DNA of 64,000 nucleotides from Octopus vulgaris (GCA_951406725.2 OX597815.1:187116001-187180000), one strand, 5' to 3'. Positions 25,701 through 38,097 are shown, counted from the first letter of the stretch. Made by a program: numbers and translations. The notes: a model not told the origin generated them from the letters alone.

Positions 25701-26159
25701 CTACTTGGGGTGGACAAAGTGTTTCAAATTTTGTCTGTTTTGATAGAAAGGTGGGAATGCAGGTGGCGGCGGTGGTGGTGGAGGCGGATGACTTAGTATA
25801 AGGGAGGAAGGTAATGAATAGAAGTCTTTCGGTGGCCTGTAATCGAGCCTGTGAGTGGGGTGTGCCGGTGGCAGTGATGGTGGAGGGGGCGGAGGAGGCT
25901 GTTGCTGCTGCTGTGGCTGCTGCTGCTGTGGAATTGGTGGAGGAAAACGTTGCACTTCCAGCATTCGTTGCATATGTGTTGAAGAGATCATCCCACCTCG
26001 CATCAAATGTGCGGGCTGAAGGGGCTGTGGGAAGGCTGGATGTACTGACTGGGCAGGTAAGTTTAATCCCGCTAGGTAAGAGTTAGATGAACTTAAAGCA
26101 GATGCATTCAATTCTGATGGTGACGAAGAGTTTTTATTTGATGACATATTGCCGGATAC
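25701..26159 (-). CDS. ARID5B: ARID5B-like terminal coding exon, Pro/Gln-rich: VSGNMSSNK...KHFVHPK*
   Basis: Polypyrimidine tract and aaacAG at 26160-26161, phase 0, stop TAG at 25701-25703. Confidence 0.82.
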   Translation of the reverse strand, partial: VSGNMSSNKNSSSPSELNASALSSSNSYLAGLNLPAQSVHPAFPQPLQPAHLMRGGMISSTHMQRMLEVQRFPPPIPQQQQPQQQQQPPPPPPPSLPPAHPTHRLDYRPPKDFYSLPSSLILSHPPPPPPPPPAFPPFYQNRQNLKHFVHPK

Positions 26160-26276
26160 CTGTTTAAAAAAAGAGAGAGCGAGAGAAAGAGAAATAAGCC
26201 AAAAATCCTCAACAATTAAACAAAACTGAAAATGCAAATAATTATTTTTGTTGACTAACAAACAAAAACATTTTGA

Positions 26277-27080
26277 TTAACCCTTTCATTAACCCAACAT
26301 CATAAGCGGAAAGTGTAACCTCTCGGAAGAACTGTTCTTCACTCCTGCTCCAGAGCGTGGGCTGCAGGGTCACTCCGAAAAGCTCTATCTACGACGATTT
26401 CATCTCAATCGAAAGAGATGGGCTTTCTCCATCCGGGTTGCAGATCCGTGGAATAAGCTGCCTGACAAAATAGTGAAGATGCTGACGACCGCTCGGTTCA
26501 AAGTCTCTCTTGACCAGAAATGGCCTGAACTCTTTGTATGACCACCCTCCCTGTACATAACTCCCTGTCCCCCTACATGGCCTTGCTTTTGCTTTTTGAG
26601 CCAAAAAAAAAATTAAATTTAAATTAAACTACTGTATTTATTTTGAGATAATCTGTGTTTCTTTCAATTATTTTAAATATAACAAAGAATTTAGTAAAAT
26701 AACTTAGTTATCATTCAGCTAGTGTTAGGAACATAAATTGTGACTAAGGTTTGGTGGAAGATTTTAATTCAGAACTTTTGAAAACAAGACATTTGTACCA
26801 CAGAGCCAGAGCTGGTTTTAGCCAGGTTGGTATCAAAAGAGTTAAATTAATCATTTGTTAACCCTTTTGTTACCATATTTCTGTTGAGATGCTCTGTGTT
26901 TCTTTCAATTAATTTTAAATATAACAAAGAATTTAGTAAAATAACTTGGTTATCATTCAGCTGGTGTTAGGAACATAAATTGTGACTAAGGTTTGGTGGA
27001 AGATTTTAATTCCTAACTTATGAAAACAAGACATTTATACTCAGAGCCGGTTTTGGCTGGGTTGGTAACGAAAGGGTTAA
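26277..27080 (+). mobile_element. piggyBac-type MITE dimer interrupted by a CR1-type LINE 3' fragment (~26291-26630)
   Basis: TTAACCCTTT start and AAAGGGTTAA end. The insert translates GHSEKLYLRRFHLNRKRWAFSIRVADPWNKLPDKIVKMLTTARFKVSLDQKW (CR1 C-terminus) and has an A-rich tail. Confidence 0.8.
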
Positions 27081-27777
27081 AGAGTATTATTTCTCTTTTA
27101 AAAAAAACGAACTTTTCTTGAAAAATGTATCTAATTTGCATTTACTAAAATTGAGTTTAGATTTATATCTAAAGTAGATCTTGACAGAGATTCTCGGGGT
27201 GCATGCAGCCCCTGATGGTCTTCCCCCTACAAATTATTTATTTCTTTACTACCCACAAGGAGCTAAACACAGAGGGGACAAACAGATTAAGTTGATTACA
27301 TCGACCCCAGTGCGTAACTGGTACTTATTTAATCAACCCCAGTGTGTAACTGGTACTTATTTAATCGACCCCGAAAGGATGAAAGGCAAAGTCGACCTCG
27401 GTGGAATTTGAACTCAGAGAATAGTGGCAGACGAAATATCGCTAAGCATTTCGCCGGCGTGCTAATGACTGCCAGCTCACCAAGTATTTTATCATGCCCC
27501 TCAAATTAGAGAGGTTGTTCCAAGTAGGGACAAGTGATACAAGGTTAGAGACCCTTTCTCTCAGTTCTTGCTTTATGCGACAGGAAACTTGTGAAGCAAC
27601 TTGCAGAAACAGTTTGGTTTCCGTGGCTGAATAATCTTCCTATCACAAAACATTTTGAGCGTATAGGGTCCAGTTTATTGTACTTCCACCATCAAGAGAT
27701 TTGTCTCATGTAAGAAGACTAAGAGCCTTCTCTACTACACACCAATTCTTACCTAGAATAACTATTTTGCTAGACAA

Positions 27778-28165
27778 GTGTAGGAGTGGCTGCGTGGTAA
27801 GTAGCTTGCTTACGAACCACATGGTTCCAGGTTCAGTCTCACTGCATGGCACCTTGGGCAAGTGTCTTCTACTATAGCCTCGGGCCGATCAAAGCTTTAT
27901 AAGTGGATTTGGTAGACGGAAACTGAAAGAAGCCCGTCGTATATGTGTGTGTATATGTGTGTCTGTGTTTGTCCCTCCAACATCGCTTGACAACCGATGC
28001 TGGTGTGTTTACATCCCCGTAACTTAGCGGTTCTGCAAAAGAGACCGATAGAATAAGTACTAGGATTACAAAGAATAAATCCTGGGGTCGATTCGCTCGA
28101 CTAATGGCAGTGCTCCAGCATGGCCACAGTCACATGACTGAAACAAGTAAAAAGAGAGAAAAGAG
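27778..28165 (+). mobile_element. SINE family A (older copy at ~29175-29495 +)
   Basis: Similarity to 11180-11595. Confidence 0.85.
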
Positions 28166-29744
28166 AGAGCAAGTAACTTAAGATGCATCTCATGGAATTG
28201 CAAAATCCATTTTTCCCATGAATGTTCCAAAAGAATAAAATGGTAGTAAAATGTACCTGGGCATGTACATAAAAATACACCATGGGGCCCAATGAATACA
28301 TTAGACTATGACAGCATAGATGCCATTTGCATCCTATAATTATATTGTATCCAATATTTTCTTCTCACTTTACATTTTTACTTGCCTTTCATCATTTTGG
28401 GGTCGATAAAATAAGTACCAGTTGAATACTGGGGTCGATATATATTTCTTTACTACCCACAAGGGGCTAAACATAGAGAGGACAAACAAGGACAGACAAA
28501 GGGATTAAGTCGATTACATCGACCCAGTGCGAAACTGGTACTTTATCGACCCCGAGAGGATGAAAGGCAAAGTCGACCTCGTCGGAATTTGAACACAGAA
28601 CGTAATGACAGACGGAATACGGCTACGCATTTCGCCCGGTGTGCTAACGTTTCTGCCAGCTCGCCGCCTTACTTACTGGGGTCGATATAATCGACTAGCC
28701 TCCTACCCCCACAAAATTTCAGGCCTTGTGCTTATAGTAGAAAGGATAGTGGTGTCCATGGAGAAAGCACAGAAGACTTAGTGCTTCATGAACTTATTAG
28801 TAGATGCTGAGAAAAAATGTGACAGAATTATGAAACTAACAAAAAACTCATTTTCCTTGCAAAAATGGTAGAGAGTTGAGCTTAGGCTTACCTAAACGAG
28901 TTTTTAGCAACACGTAAAAACAATAACATATAAGGAATGGAAAAGCTCTCGTGTCAATTTGTAATGGAAGTACAGTTATGATTATCAATACACTGAATCA
29001 AAAGTAAAGCAATGACTGTTGGTGGTGGTAGTGGGGTTTAATAATAGCCTCTACCTAGAAGTTTTGAGTGTTCTTAACATATTAATTAGCTGTAGAAATA
29101 TTTTGACTAAGGTCTTCTTTAAAGACAGACTAACAACAGCAAAGGGAAAAATAATGATAACCTATGCCGTAACATAGGCACAGGTGTGGCTGTGTGGTAA
29201 AAAGCTTGCTTCCCAACCACATGGTTCTGGGTTCAGTCCCACTGCATGGCATCTTGGGCAAGTGTCTTCTACTACAGCCATGGGCTGACTAAAGCTTCAC
29301 GAGTGGATTTGGTAGACAGAAGCTGAAAGAAATTTATCATGTATATAAATGTGTGCATCTGTCTGTCTGTCTCCCACCACTGCTTGTGCATATGTCACCC
29401 CCTAACATAGCAGTCTGACAACAAAAGACCGATAGAATGAGGGTTTAAAAATCTAAGTACTGAGGACAATGCATTAAACTAAAAGTTCTTCAAGATGCCA
29501 TTATTCCTAATATTTTTATTGCAAAAGAAATTTAATTACTAAGTTCACAAATATCAGTTTTAATTTTTTAAGAAACAATTTAATTAGATGTGAAAATGCT
29601 CCAAATAGGGGAGGAGAAAACTGTTTGGTTCCTCATCTTGAGGCAAAGCAGTTGGCTTATTGAATAAGCAAGATATCAATGTCTAACAAAAATCAAAAAT
29701 ATATCTAATAATTTGAATCTTAAACCAAAAACATATTTATACAA

Positions 29745-30705
29745 ATAGGGGCTAGTGCTATGTAAAAGGTATGGGTGCTAGAGCCATGTAAAAAGCATGG
29801 GTGCTGGTGTCATGTAAAAAGTACAAGTCCTGGCACCGTGTAAAAAGCACATGGGCTGGCACTGTGTAAAAAGCACATGGACTGGCACTGTGTAAAAAGC
29901 ACGGGTGCTGGCGCCATGTAAAAAGCATGGGACTGGCACTGTGTAAAAAGCACGGGTGCTGGCACCGTGTAAAAAGCACAGGGGCTGGCACCGTGTAAAA
30001 AGCACATGGGCTGGCACTGTGTAAAAAGCATGGGTGCTGGCACCGTGCAAAAAGCACAGGGGCTGGCACCATGTAAAAAGCACAGGGGCTGGCACCGTGT
30101 AAAAAGCACATGGGCTGGCACTGTGTAAAAAGCATGGGTGCTGGCACCGTGCAAAAAGCACAGGGGCTGGCACCATGTAAAAAGCACAGGGGCTGGCACC
30201 GTGTAAAAAGCACATGGGCTGGCACTGTGTAAAAAGCATGGGTGCTGGCACCGTGCAAAAGCACAGGGGCTGGCACCATGTAAAAAGCACATGGGCTGGC
30301 ACCGTGTAAAAAGCACATGGGCTGGCACTGTGTAAAAAGCACGGGTGCTGGCGCCATGTAAAAAGCACAGGGGCTGGCACCGTGTAAAAAGCACAGAGGC
30401 TGGCACCGGGTAAAAAGCACAGGGGCTGGCACCGGGTAAAAAGTACGGGTGCTGGCGCCATGTAAAAAGCATGGGTGCTGGCACCGTGTAAAAAGCACAG
30501 GGGCTGGCACCATGTAAAAAGCACATGGGCTGGCACCGTGTAAAAAGCACAGGGGCTGGCACCGTGTAAAAAGCACAGAGGCTGGCACCGGGTAAAAAGC
30601 ACAGGGGCTGGCACCGGGTAAAAAGCACAGGGGGTAGCACCATTTAAAAAGCACAGGGGCTGGTACCATGTAAAAAGCACAGGGGCTAGCACCATGTAAA
30701 AAGCA
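29745..30705 (+). repeat. 26-bp minisatellite, ~36 units (consensus CCRTGTAAAAAGCACAGGGGCTGGCA), continuous with an RTE 3'-UTR fragment to ~30860
   Basis: Direct reading. The 26-aa period of the three minus-strand ORFs equals 3 x 26 nt. Confidence 0.95.
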
Positions 30706-31600
30706 TCCAGTACATTCTGGAAACTAGTTGTCGTTAGGAAGGGCATCCAACTGCAGAAACCTTACCAAAACAGTGGAATTTGGTGTGACCCCTGGCCTTA
30801 CCAGCTCCTGTCAAACTGTCTAAACAATGCCAGCATAGAACATCAAATATGATGATGATGACAAATTCAAAACTTAAACCAAAAATATTTTTCTACTAAT
30901 ATATACTAATTTAGTACTAATGTTTACTAATTTGCTTAAATAATCTAAATCATTTGGTTATCAGTGAAATCTGAAGATTAATTGAATTTTAAAAAATTTC
31001 CTTGCAAAGTAACCTTTATATTTTGAATATGTTTCAGAAAAATATATTTTTGTGTGATCAATTATATGTACACGCACATATTTTCTGATTTGAGTAAATA
31101 TTTAAAATGCTTTTTTTTAACTTGACAAGATTCAGTTGGTACTTAACAGTGGTTAAATAGACAAACTGGACATGTAGCATTGAAAAGAAGAAGCCAATTT
31201 ATAGCAAGATTTAAGCTGCTATTTAATGAATGTTTCATGAATCCAGTAATTTAAGAGCTCAGCCAGTCTGGTTAAGTGTAGAAAAACCATATTTGGGAGA
31301 GTTAGGGAGACAGCTAGATAAGCAGAGAGAGAGAGAGAGAGAGAAAGTACAAGAGGAAATAAATTACAAAGGTATATGAAGAGAGATGAGAACGATTGAA
31401 AAAGTAAAATGTGAGGAGGAGAGAGAGATTAATGGTAGCTTTGGAAACAGGTGTTGCAATATATGATACGCAAATCATGTAAATTCCTGTTTAACATATA
31501 AACATTTTCATACAATAAAACTGTTAGGGATCAAACTTAAACCAAGCATATCTAAAATGAATAGTTTAAACCAAAAAATACGTAAGAAATATAAGCTAAC

Positions 31601-33064
31601 CTTTACATTGTATTTCTTTGAGCTTGTAGTCATATCAAGAGGAGTTTGAAGATCCCTAGTTGGAGACGAAGAAGATCCAAATGACATGCTAGGCATAGAA
31701 TCATTAATATCATTTCTTGAATAATCTTTTGAAGAATTTTTGTAACTCATCCTTCCATTTACAACTTTTTTCAATGTTTTCATAGATAAATCTGTTGGTT
31801 CTGATTGTATGTCATTTGGTCTATGTACAGTGTCCAAATATGATGATGTGTGACTGCTTGACAGTTTTTGTCTCTTGGGAGGAGGAGGAGGAGGAATATA
31901 ATATGGTGAGTTAGTATCCATGCTATGAACAGTAGAATATACCATATTATTGCTAGAAGTTTTTGAAATGTGAGCTGTAATTGGTGACATAAGGTTATAG
32001 GAACAGTTAGAATAGGTACGAGCTCTTTTCATATGGTTGGTATGAGCAGGCTGAGGTAGAGAGTCTTCAAGTCGTGGGCGACTATATTTGGTCAATGGAG
32101 ATGCAAGGGACAGCAAATGATTTGGAGGGCTTTGTGGAGTTGGTTGAATAACCGTCTGACGTACAGTACGTGATTTTAATTCCTCGTTTCGGTGAGTTCG
32201 AGGTGGTTGGGTATGAGCCACCTTCGGAACATGCCACCGACCATTTTCAGGTATGCGATTAACAGGGACTGAGTGACAAGCTGTAGATGACCTAGAAGAG
32301 ATGGCTGGAGCTACAGATGTTGCACTGGTTTTGGTGTTTACTTTCGAAGTAAGTTGCACCTTACAAGGAGGTGTACTTTCAATACACTTACTACTACTAC
32401 TAGAATCATTAGAAACTGTAGCGACCCCACTTGATGGAATGTGATGATTCTGAAAAGCAGGTCCTCGTTTCTGTTTATGTAACAAAGGTCCAAGTATGCT
32501 TGGTCCTGGCCGAGTTTTTATCTGATTATCACAATCATTATTGTCACTGACATCACTGCATGGTGATACTTCTGGTTTGACAGAATAATTGTCTGGTTCA
32601 TAACTGACTGGATCAACAGGGCTGATTCTTTCATAGGAAGGATTAGAGGGAGGAGACGGTGATGGCAGTGTCACAACTTGACTCTTTTCCACATAATTAA
32701 CAGATTGTTTCTTGTCTAGGCCGAGTTGGATAGGACTAGGTGATTGACTGGCAAGTACAGCAGCAGCAGTTATTTCCTTAGGTATGGCTAAACACGCATT
32801 TAATTTCCAATCATTTATAGGACTTTCTAGCTTTACAACAGGTATGACGGGATTTTTGACTTCAGGTGAAATCCGAGTCACACTTGGTCCTTTCTTGACA
32901 TGTGTTGAGGGAGATGCTGAAAGGCTTAAAGACTCTTCCGAAGGCTTAGTATCAGATGGTTCTCTTTTGACTGAAGAAGGCAGTACATCTGACGGATCCT
33001 GGTTGTATTTTTCACATAAGAGTTTTTTGACTGTTGGTTGGGTCCCAGATTTAAATCGTCGAAC
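31601..33064 (-). CDS. ARID5B: ARID5B-like large exon (488 codons), Ser/Pro/Thr-rich disordered region
   Basis: Acceptor ttttAG, donor GTTAGC, 1464 nt open in the frame of ORF 31508..32881, phase 0 to 0. Confidence 0.88.
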
Positions 33065-33799
33065 CTAAAAATAATAAAAGAAAATTTTCTTCATAAAAAT
33101 ACGAAACAACGCAGTTTAAATATTCCAAGAAAACGTTACACGGCATTTATTTACACAGTTTAATATCGTTCAATTACACATTTATTCCGATATCCTTTCC
33201 AATAGTTTGCTCAGCCACGTTAACGTCTCATAACAAAATAGAATCTTAAAAACTAAATTCGTTTCAAGGGATTTAACTCTTACTAATATTATACGAATTA
33301 CTTCCCTTAAAAATTGTTTCATTTATGCAATTCAGTTGAGATTTACAAAAGCAGCGAAATGCTTTTTTTTAAACGTTAATAATGTGTACTAATGAAAATT
33401 CAAGACATGTCTGTAAGTAAATGCTTACATTATCTCGATTTTGAGCATTGGTTTTCCTCATTTCATCCCACATCTTTTCTTTTTCTTCAATACTCATTCT
33501 GTTTCTCTATAATAATAAAATTAACACTTCATTTAATTGTGATATCTCATATTTTGCTAAAATGATTCAATATTACGAATTTCAAACACTGAAAACAACT
33601 TCAGTACAATGCATGCAATAACTGTCTCCAATTTAGGCACAACAGCAACAATTTCGAAGGGGAGCCCTAGGACTGGACTTATAGTTCGTTTCGTTTGGCA
33701 CAAAAGAAGCAAGTTTAGGAGCAGAGCTGACCTTGGCAGAATTTGAAATCAGAACATAAAGAATCAGACCAAATACTGTAAGGTGTGAGGGGAACCTTT

Positions 33800-34870
33800 G
33801 ATTAAACTGACCCAAACCCCTCCCCAATATTAAGCTGATAATTTATTTTATAGACCCTGAAAGAATGAAAAGCAGAGATGATCTAGGTATGATTTGAACC
33901 CAGAATGTAAAAAGCATTTTTTTTTTACCTGTGGTGCCCTAAAGATTCTATCAGCTTGCCACCTCTAATGGGTGGTGATTTAAGTTTATCAACCCTGGAT
34001 GAATGAAATACAAAGCTGACTTCAGCAGGAACTGAACTCAAAACATGGAGAGTAGGAACAAATTCCACAACACATTTTGCTTGACACAAACACCCATGCC
34101 AATCAATCCCTTCTCCTTAACAGGTTTTCTCTTTTTTTTTCGGCAAAAAGTCAGCAATTTTTAAGGGAAAGGCTTAGTCGATCCCACACAACCCTAACAC
34201 TTTGCCTTTCATCCTATCAGGGTTGATAAAATAAAAGTACCAGTCAAATATTGGGGGAAGGGTTTAAGTTGATCACATCAACCCCCCAGTATCCACCTGA
34301 TACTTATTTTATTGACCCTCAAAAGGACGAAAGGCAAAGTCGACCTCAGTGGAATTTGAACTCAGAACAAAAACACAAATGAAATGCTGTTAAGCGTTTT
34401 GCCCACCGCCCTAATAATAATCAACTTTTCTACTTTAGGCACAAGGCCTGAAATTTTTTGGGGGAGGGGGTCAGTCGATTAGATCAACCCAGTATGCAAC
34501 TGGTACTTAATTTATCGACCCCAAAAGGATGAAAGGCAAAGTTGACTGTGGCAGAATTTGAACTCTGGATGTAAAGACAGACAAAATACCGCTAAGCATT
34601 TTGCCCAGCGTGCTAATCTTTCTCTACCAGCTTGCCGCCCTAATATTAATAATAATATTAATCCTTTCCACTAAAGGCAGAAGGCCTGAAATTTGTGGGG
34701 AGGTGACTAGTTGATTGCATCAACCCCAGTGTTTCACTGGTATTTAATTCATCGACTCCTGAAAGGATGAAAAGCAAAGTCAACCACGGCAGAATCTGAA
34801 CTCAGAAAGTAGCGATATGGCAAAATACTGCTGAGCATTTCGTCCAGCATGCTAACGATTCTGCCCGCTC
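33800..34870 (-). mobile_element. Cluster of about 6 SINE family B-related fragments, mostly on -
   Basis: Repeated aaaggatgaaaggcaaagtcgacc...gaatttgaactcagaa blocks. Confidence 0.75.
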
Positions 34871-34921
34871 AGCACAACAATAATAATAATAATAATAACA
34901 ATAACAATAATGGTTTCAAAC

Positions 34922-35072
34922 CTTGTCTTTTTTGTCCTCATTAGATCTGTGTAAAAGTTGTTTAGAGTGATGGGTGTCCAATTTTGATACATGTGAACTT
35001 TTCTTCTGTTTTATATCCGATAATGTATTAAGATCCTTTCCTTTTTGACTTAATTCAAAAGGAAGTAATAAA
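34922..35072 (-). CDS. ARID5B: ARID5B-like exon, end of ARID domain: LLLPFELSQKGKD...EDKKDK
   Basis: Acceptor ttttcAG, donor GTTTGA, 151 nt, phase 2 to 0. LLLPFE corresponds to ARID LILPYE. Confidence 0.9.
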
Positions 35073-35175
35073 CTGAAAAATATTTTAAAAGAAATTCATT
35101 ATTGATAATAGTTATGCAAAAATTCCTTCACGTCACAAAATTCTGGATTAATTCAGAAATATTTGTCATAAAAGC

Positions 35176-35831
35176 TGAACCCCTTCGGTACTGTATTTAT
35201 TTTGAGATGCCCTGTGTTTCTTTCAATTACTTTAAATATAACAAAGAATTTAGTAAAATAATTTAGCTATCGGAGATGTACTTGCATAGCAAGTGAAGTG
35301 ATCTGAGATTGTGTGCTGGAACGAAAACAATTGCAGTGTGGAAGGTGTTTATAAACCATTTAAGAAACACACAAAAACCGTTAGATTCACTTCAACATCT
35401 AAATTTAATTTCCCAAAATATTTTCGTCGCTTTGAGACTGTGACCTTGTTCACTCTTAAATGGCTTATAAACACCTTCCACAATTTAGTTATCATTCAGC
35501 TAGTGTTAGGAATATAAATTGTGACAAAGATTTGGTGGAAGATTTTAGAGCTAGAGGAAGTTTCAGAAAGGTTGGTATCAAAAGGGTTAAATTAATCATT
35601 TGTTAACCTTTTTGTTACCATATTTCTGTCGAGATACTCTATGTTTCTTTCAATTAATTTAAAATATGACAAAGAATTTAGTAAAATGCCTTAGTTATCA
35701 TTCAGCTAGTGTTAGGAATATAAATTGTGACTAAGGTTTGGTGGAAGATTTTAATTCAAAACTTATGAAAACAAGACATTTGTATTCAGAGCCTGAGCCG
35801 GTTTCAGCCAAGCTGGTAATGAAAGGATTAA
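35176..35831 (+). mobile_element. piggyBac-type MITE dimer with nested insertion (35272-35481)
   Basis: Same dimer and spacer as 13282-13743. The nested element is flanked by AATTTAG(C/T)TATC at 35260-35271 and 35482-35493. Confidence 0.78.
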
Positions 35832-36559
35832 TTTAGAATAAGCAAGCAAAAAAAAAAAAAAGCCTTCATATATATTGGTTAAGACTCAGTCCTGTGAGAT
35901 TAGTTGTTCTCAACCATTTTCTGTCTCTGGACCCTTTTGATTGCTATTTTATTTTGGTGGACTCCCCCCCCCCCTTAGCCATTCCATGTTTAAAAACTAG
36001 TTTTATAGATGCTTGTTTCCAAATTCCTATTTCGTTTTTCACATGCTAAATTGTGTATGTTGAGGTATGTAAAATGTTAAGAGAAATAACCCTGGCTGCT
36101 TCAGATCCTTAAACTGTGAACTGCTGTGCAAGATGGTTTAAATTTACTTTCCACCCTGTACTGCTCATTAACAGAATTACAAGTAATAATCCTTTTTACT
36201 ATAGGCACAAGGCCTGAAATTTTTTGGGGAAGGGACTTGTCGATTATACTGACCCCAGTGTTTCACTGGTACTTAATTCACCGACCCCAAAAAGGATGAA
36301 AGGCAGAGTCTACCTCACCAGAATTTGAACTCAGAACGTAAAGCCAGACGAAATGCCACTAAGCATTTTGCCCAGGGTGCTAACGATTCTGCCAGCTCAC
36401 TGCCTTAGAATTACTAGTAATAATATAATGATCTCGTTGTATACAGTGCTCAGGTGAACTAAAACTCATCAGAAAAGGTAACCAAAAGTGCAGGAACATT
36501 AAATAGAAAATGCACAAGAAGTGAACAGTGAAAGAGTTATTTAAAGTGGGTGCCGGTAG

Positions 36560-37100
36560 CATGCAAAATGTATTATTCAAGTGTAACTGATACCAGTGCT
36601 ACCCAACTAGCACCTGTGCAAGTGGCACATAGAAAGTACCATTCGAGAGCGGCTGATGCTAATGACGCCTGACTGGCACCCATGCTGGTGGCACATAAAA
36701 AGCACCATTCGAGTGCGGCCGATGCCAGTGCCACCTGACTGGCACGTAAAAAGTACCGTTCGAGCATGGCCAATGCCAGTACCACCTGACTGGTACCAAG
36801 AAGTACCATTCGAGTGTGGCCGATGCCAGTGCTACCTGACTGTCACCTGTGCCACGTAAAAAGTACCATTTGAGCATGGCCAATGCCAGTGCCACCTGAC
36901 TGGCTCCTGTGTCACCAGCACGTAAAAAGCACCCACTACACTCTCGGAGTGGTTGGCATTAGGAAGGGCATCCAGCTGTAGAAACCTTGCCAAATCGGAT
37001 TGGAGCCTGGTGCAACCTCCTGGCTTGCCAGTCCTCAGTCAAACCGTCCAATCCATGCCAGCATGGAAAGCAGACATGAAACGACAATGATGATGATGAT
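36560..37100 (+). mobile_element. RTE 3'-UTR fragment with ~6 internal ~50-bp tandem units
   Basis: Units like ggcacgtaaaaagtaccattcgagcatggccaatgccagtgccacctgact precede the usual tail. Confidence 0.8.
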
Positions 37101-38097
37101 GGTAGGGGCATCAAGTATACCGTTGGTGAATTTTATGGAAGCTTTGAATTATATAGTGTCCTGGCAGCTAACAACTGATGCTGGTAGTTTATTCCATGCT
37201 TCAGCAATTCTGAGCATTGAAAAAGTGTGTCCGAGGGCCATGGCAGCCGTAATGTGGTGGTGAATCTTGATATATGTCTGTTCATTATTTTGGATCTGAG
37301 TAGTTAAGAAGCTAGCTTACATGTGGGGGCAGACATCATGAAGAATTGTTTTCTACTATAACCTCCAACTGACCAATGCCAAGTCAGTGAATTTGGTAAA
37401 TAAAAATTGGATGAAAGAAAGGAGAGAGAGATAGAGAGAGAGTGAATGAGTGAATGAGTGTGAATGTGTGTGTACATATACATGAAAGTTGCTATTTCCA
37501 GTTCTTGCACAAGACTCATCATCATCATCATAATCATTTAACGTCCGCTTTCCATGCTGGCATGGGTTGGACGATTTGACTGAGGACCAGCGAGCCAGAT
37601 GGCTGCAGCAGGCTCCAATCTTGATGTGGCAGAGTTTCTACAGCTGGATGCCCTTCCTAACGCCAACCACTCTGAAAGTGTAGTGGGTGCTTTTACGTGC
37701 CACCAGCACGAGGGCCATGCTGGGGCATTGCTTTGAGGAATCTTAGTCGAGCGAATCAACCCCAGGACTTATTTTCTTTTAAGATCTGGTACTTATTCTA
37801 TTGTTCTCTTTTGCTGAACCGCTATGTGACAGGGATGTAAATACGCTAACACTAGTTTTGAAGTAGGGGAAAACGCAGACACACAATGGGCTTTTTTCGG
37901 TTTCTGCTGATCAAATCCAACTCGCAAGACTTTGGTTGGCCTGAGGCTATAGTAGAAGAAAGACACTGGGCCCAATGTGCCATGCAGTGGGACTGAACCA
38001 AGAACCATGTGGTCAGGAAGAAAACTTCTTACCACACAGATATACTTGCAGCTACAAAAGAATTTCTTGTCTGAAGTAGGATGTATATATGTCTTAC

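Noticed and set aside
25814-26086. 90-aa Ala/Val-rich ORF on +
   Set aside because: Antisense shadow of the Pro/Gln-rich ARID5 terminal exon.
29745-30705. CRISPR-like appearance of regular repeats (also 36560-36930)
   Set aside because: Units are contiguous with no unique spacers, there are no cas genes, the context is eukaryotic, and the unit derives from a LINE 3'UTR motif.
29758-30746. Three long overlapping ORFs (277-322 aa) on the minus strand
   Set aside because: They are translations of a stop-free 26-bp minisatellite in all three frames, are intronic, and are not needed for the ARID5 frame.
31508-31600. Hydrophobic C-terminal extension (VSLYFLRIFWFKLF...) of the 457-aa ORF
   Set aside because: Read-through of the AAG/GTTAGC donor into intron. 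A phase-compatible terminal exon exists at 26159.
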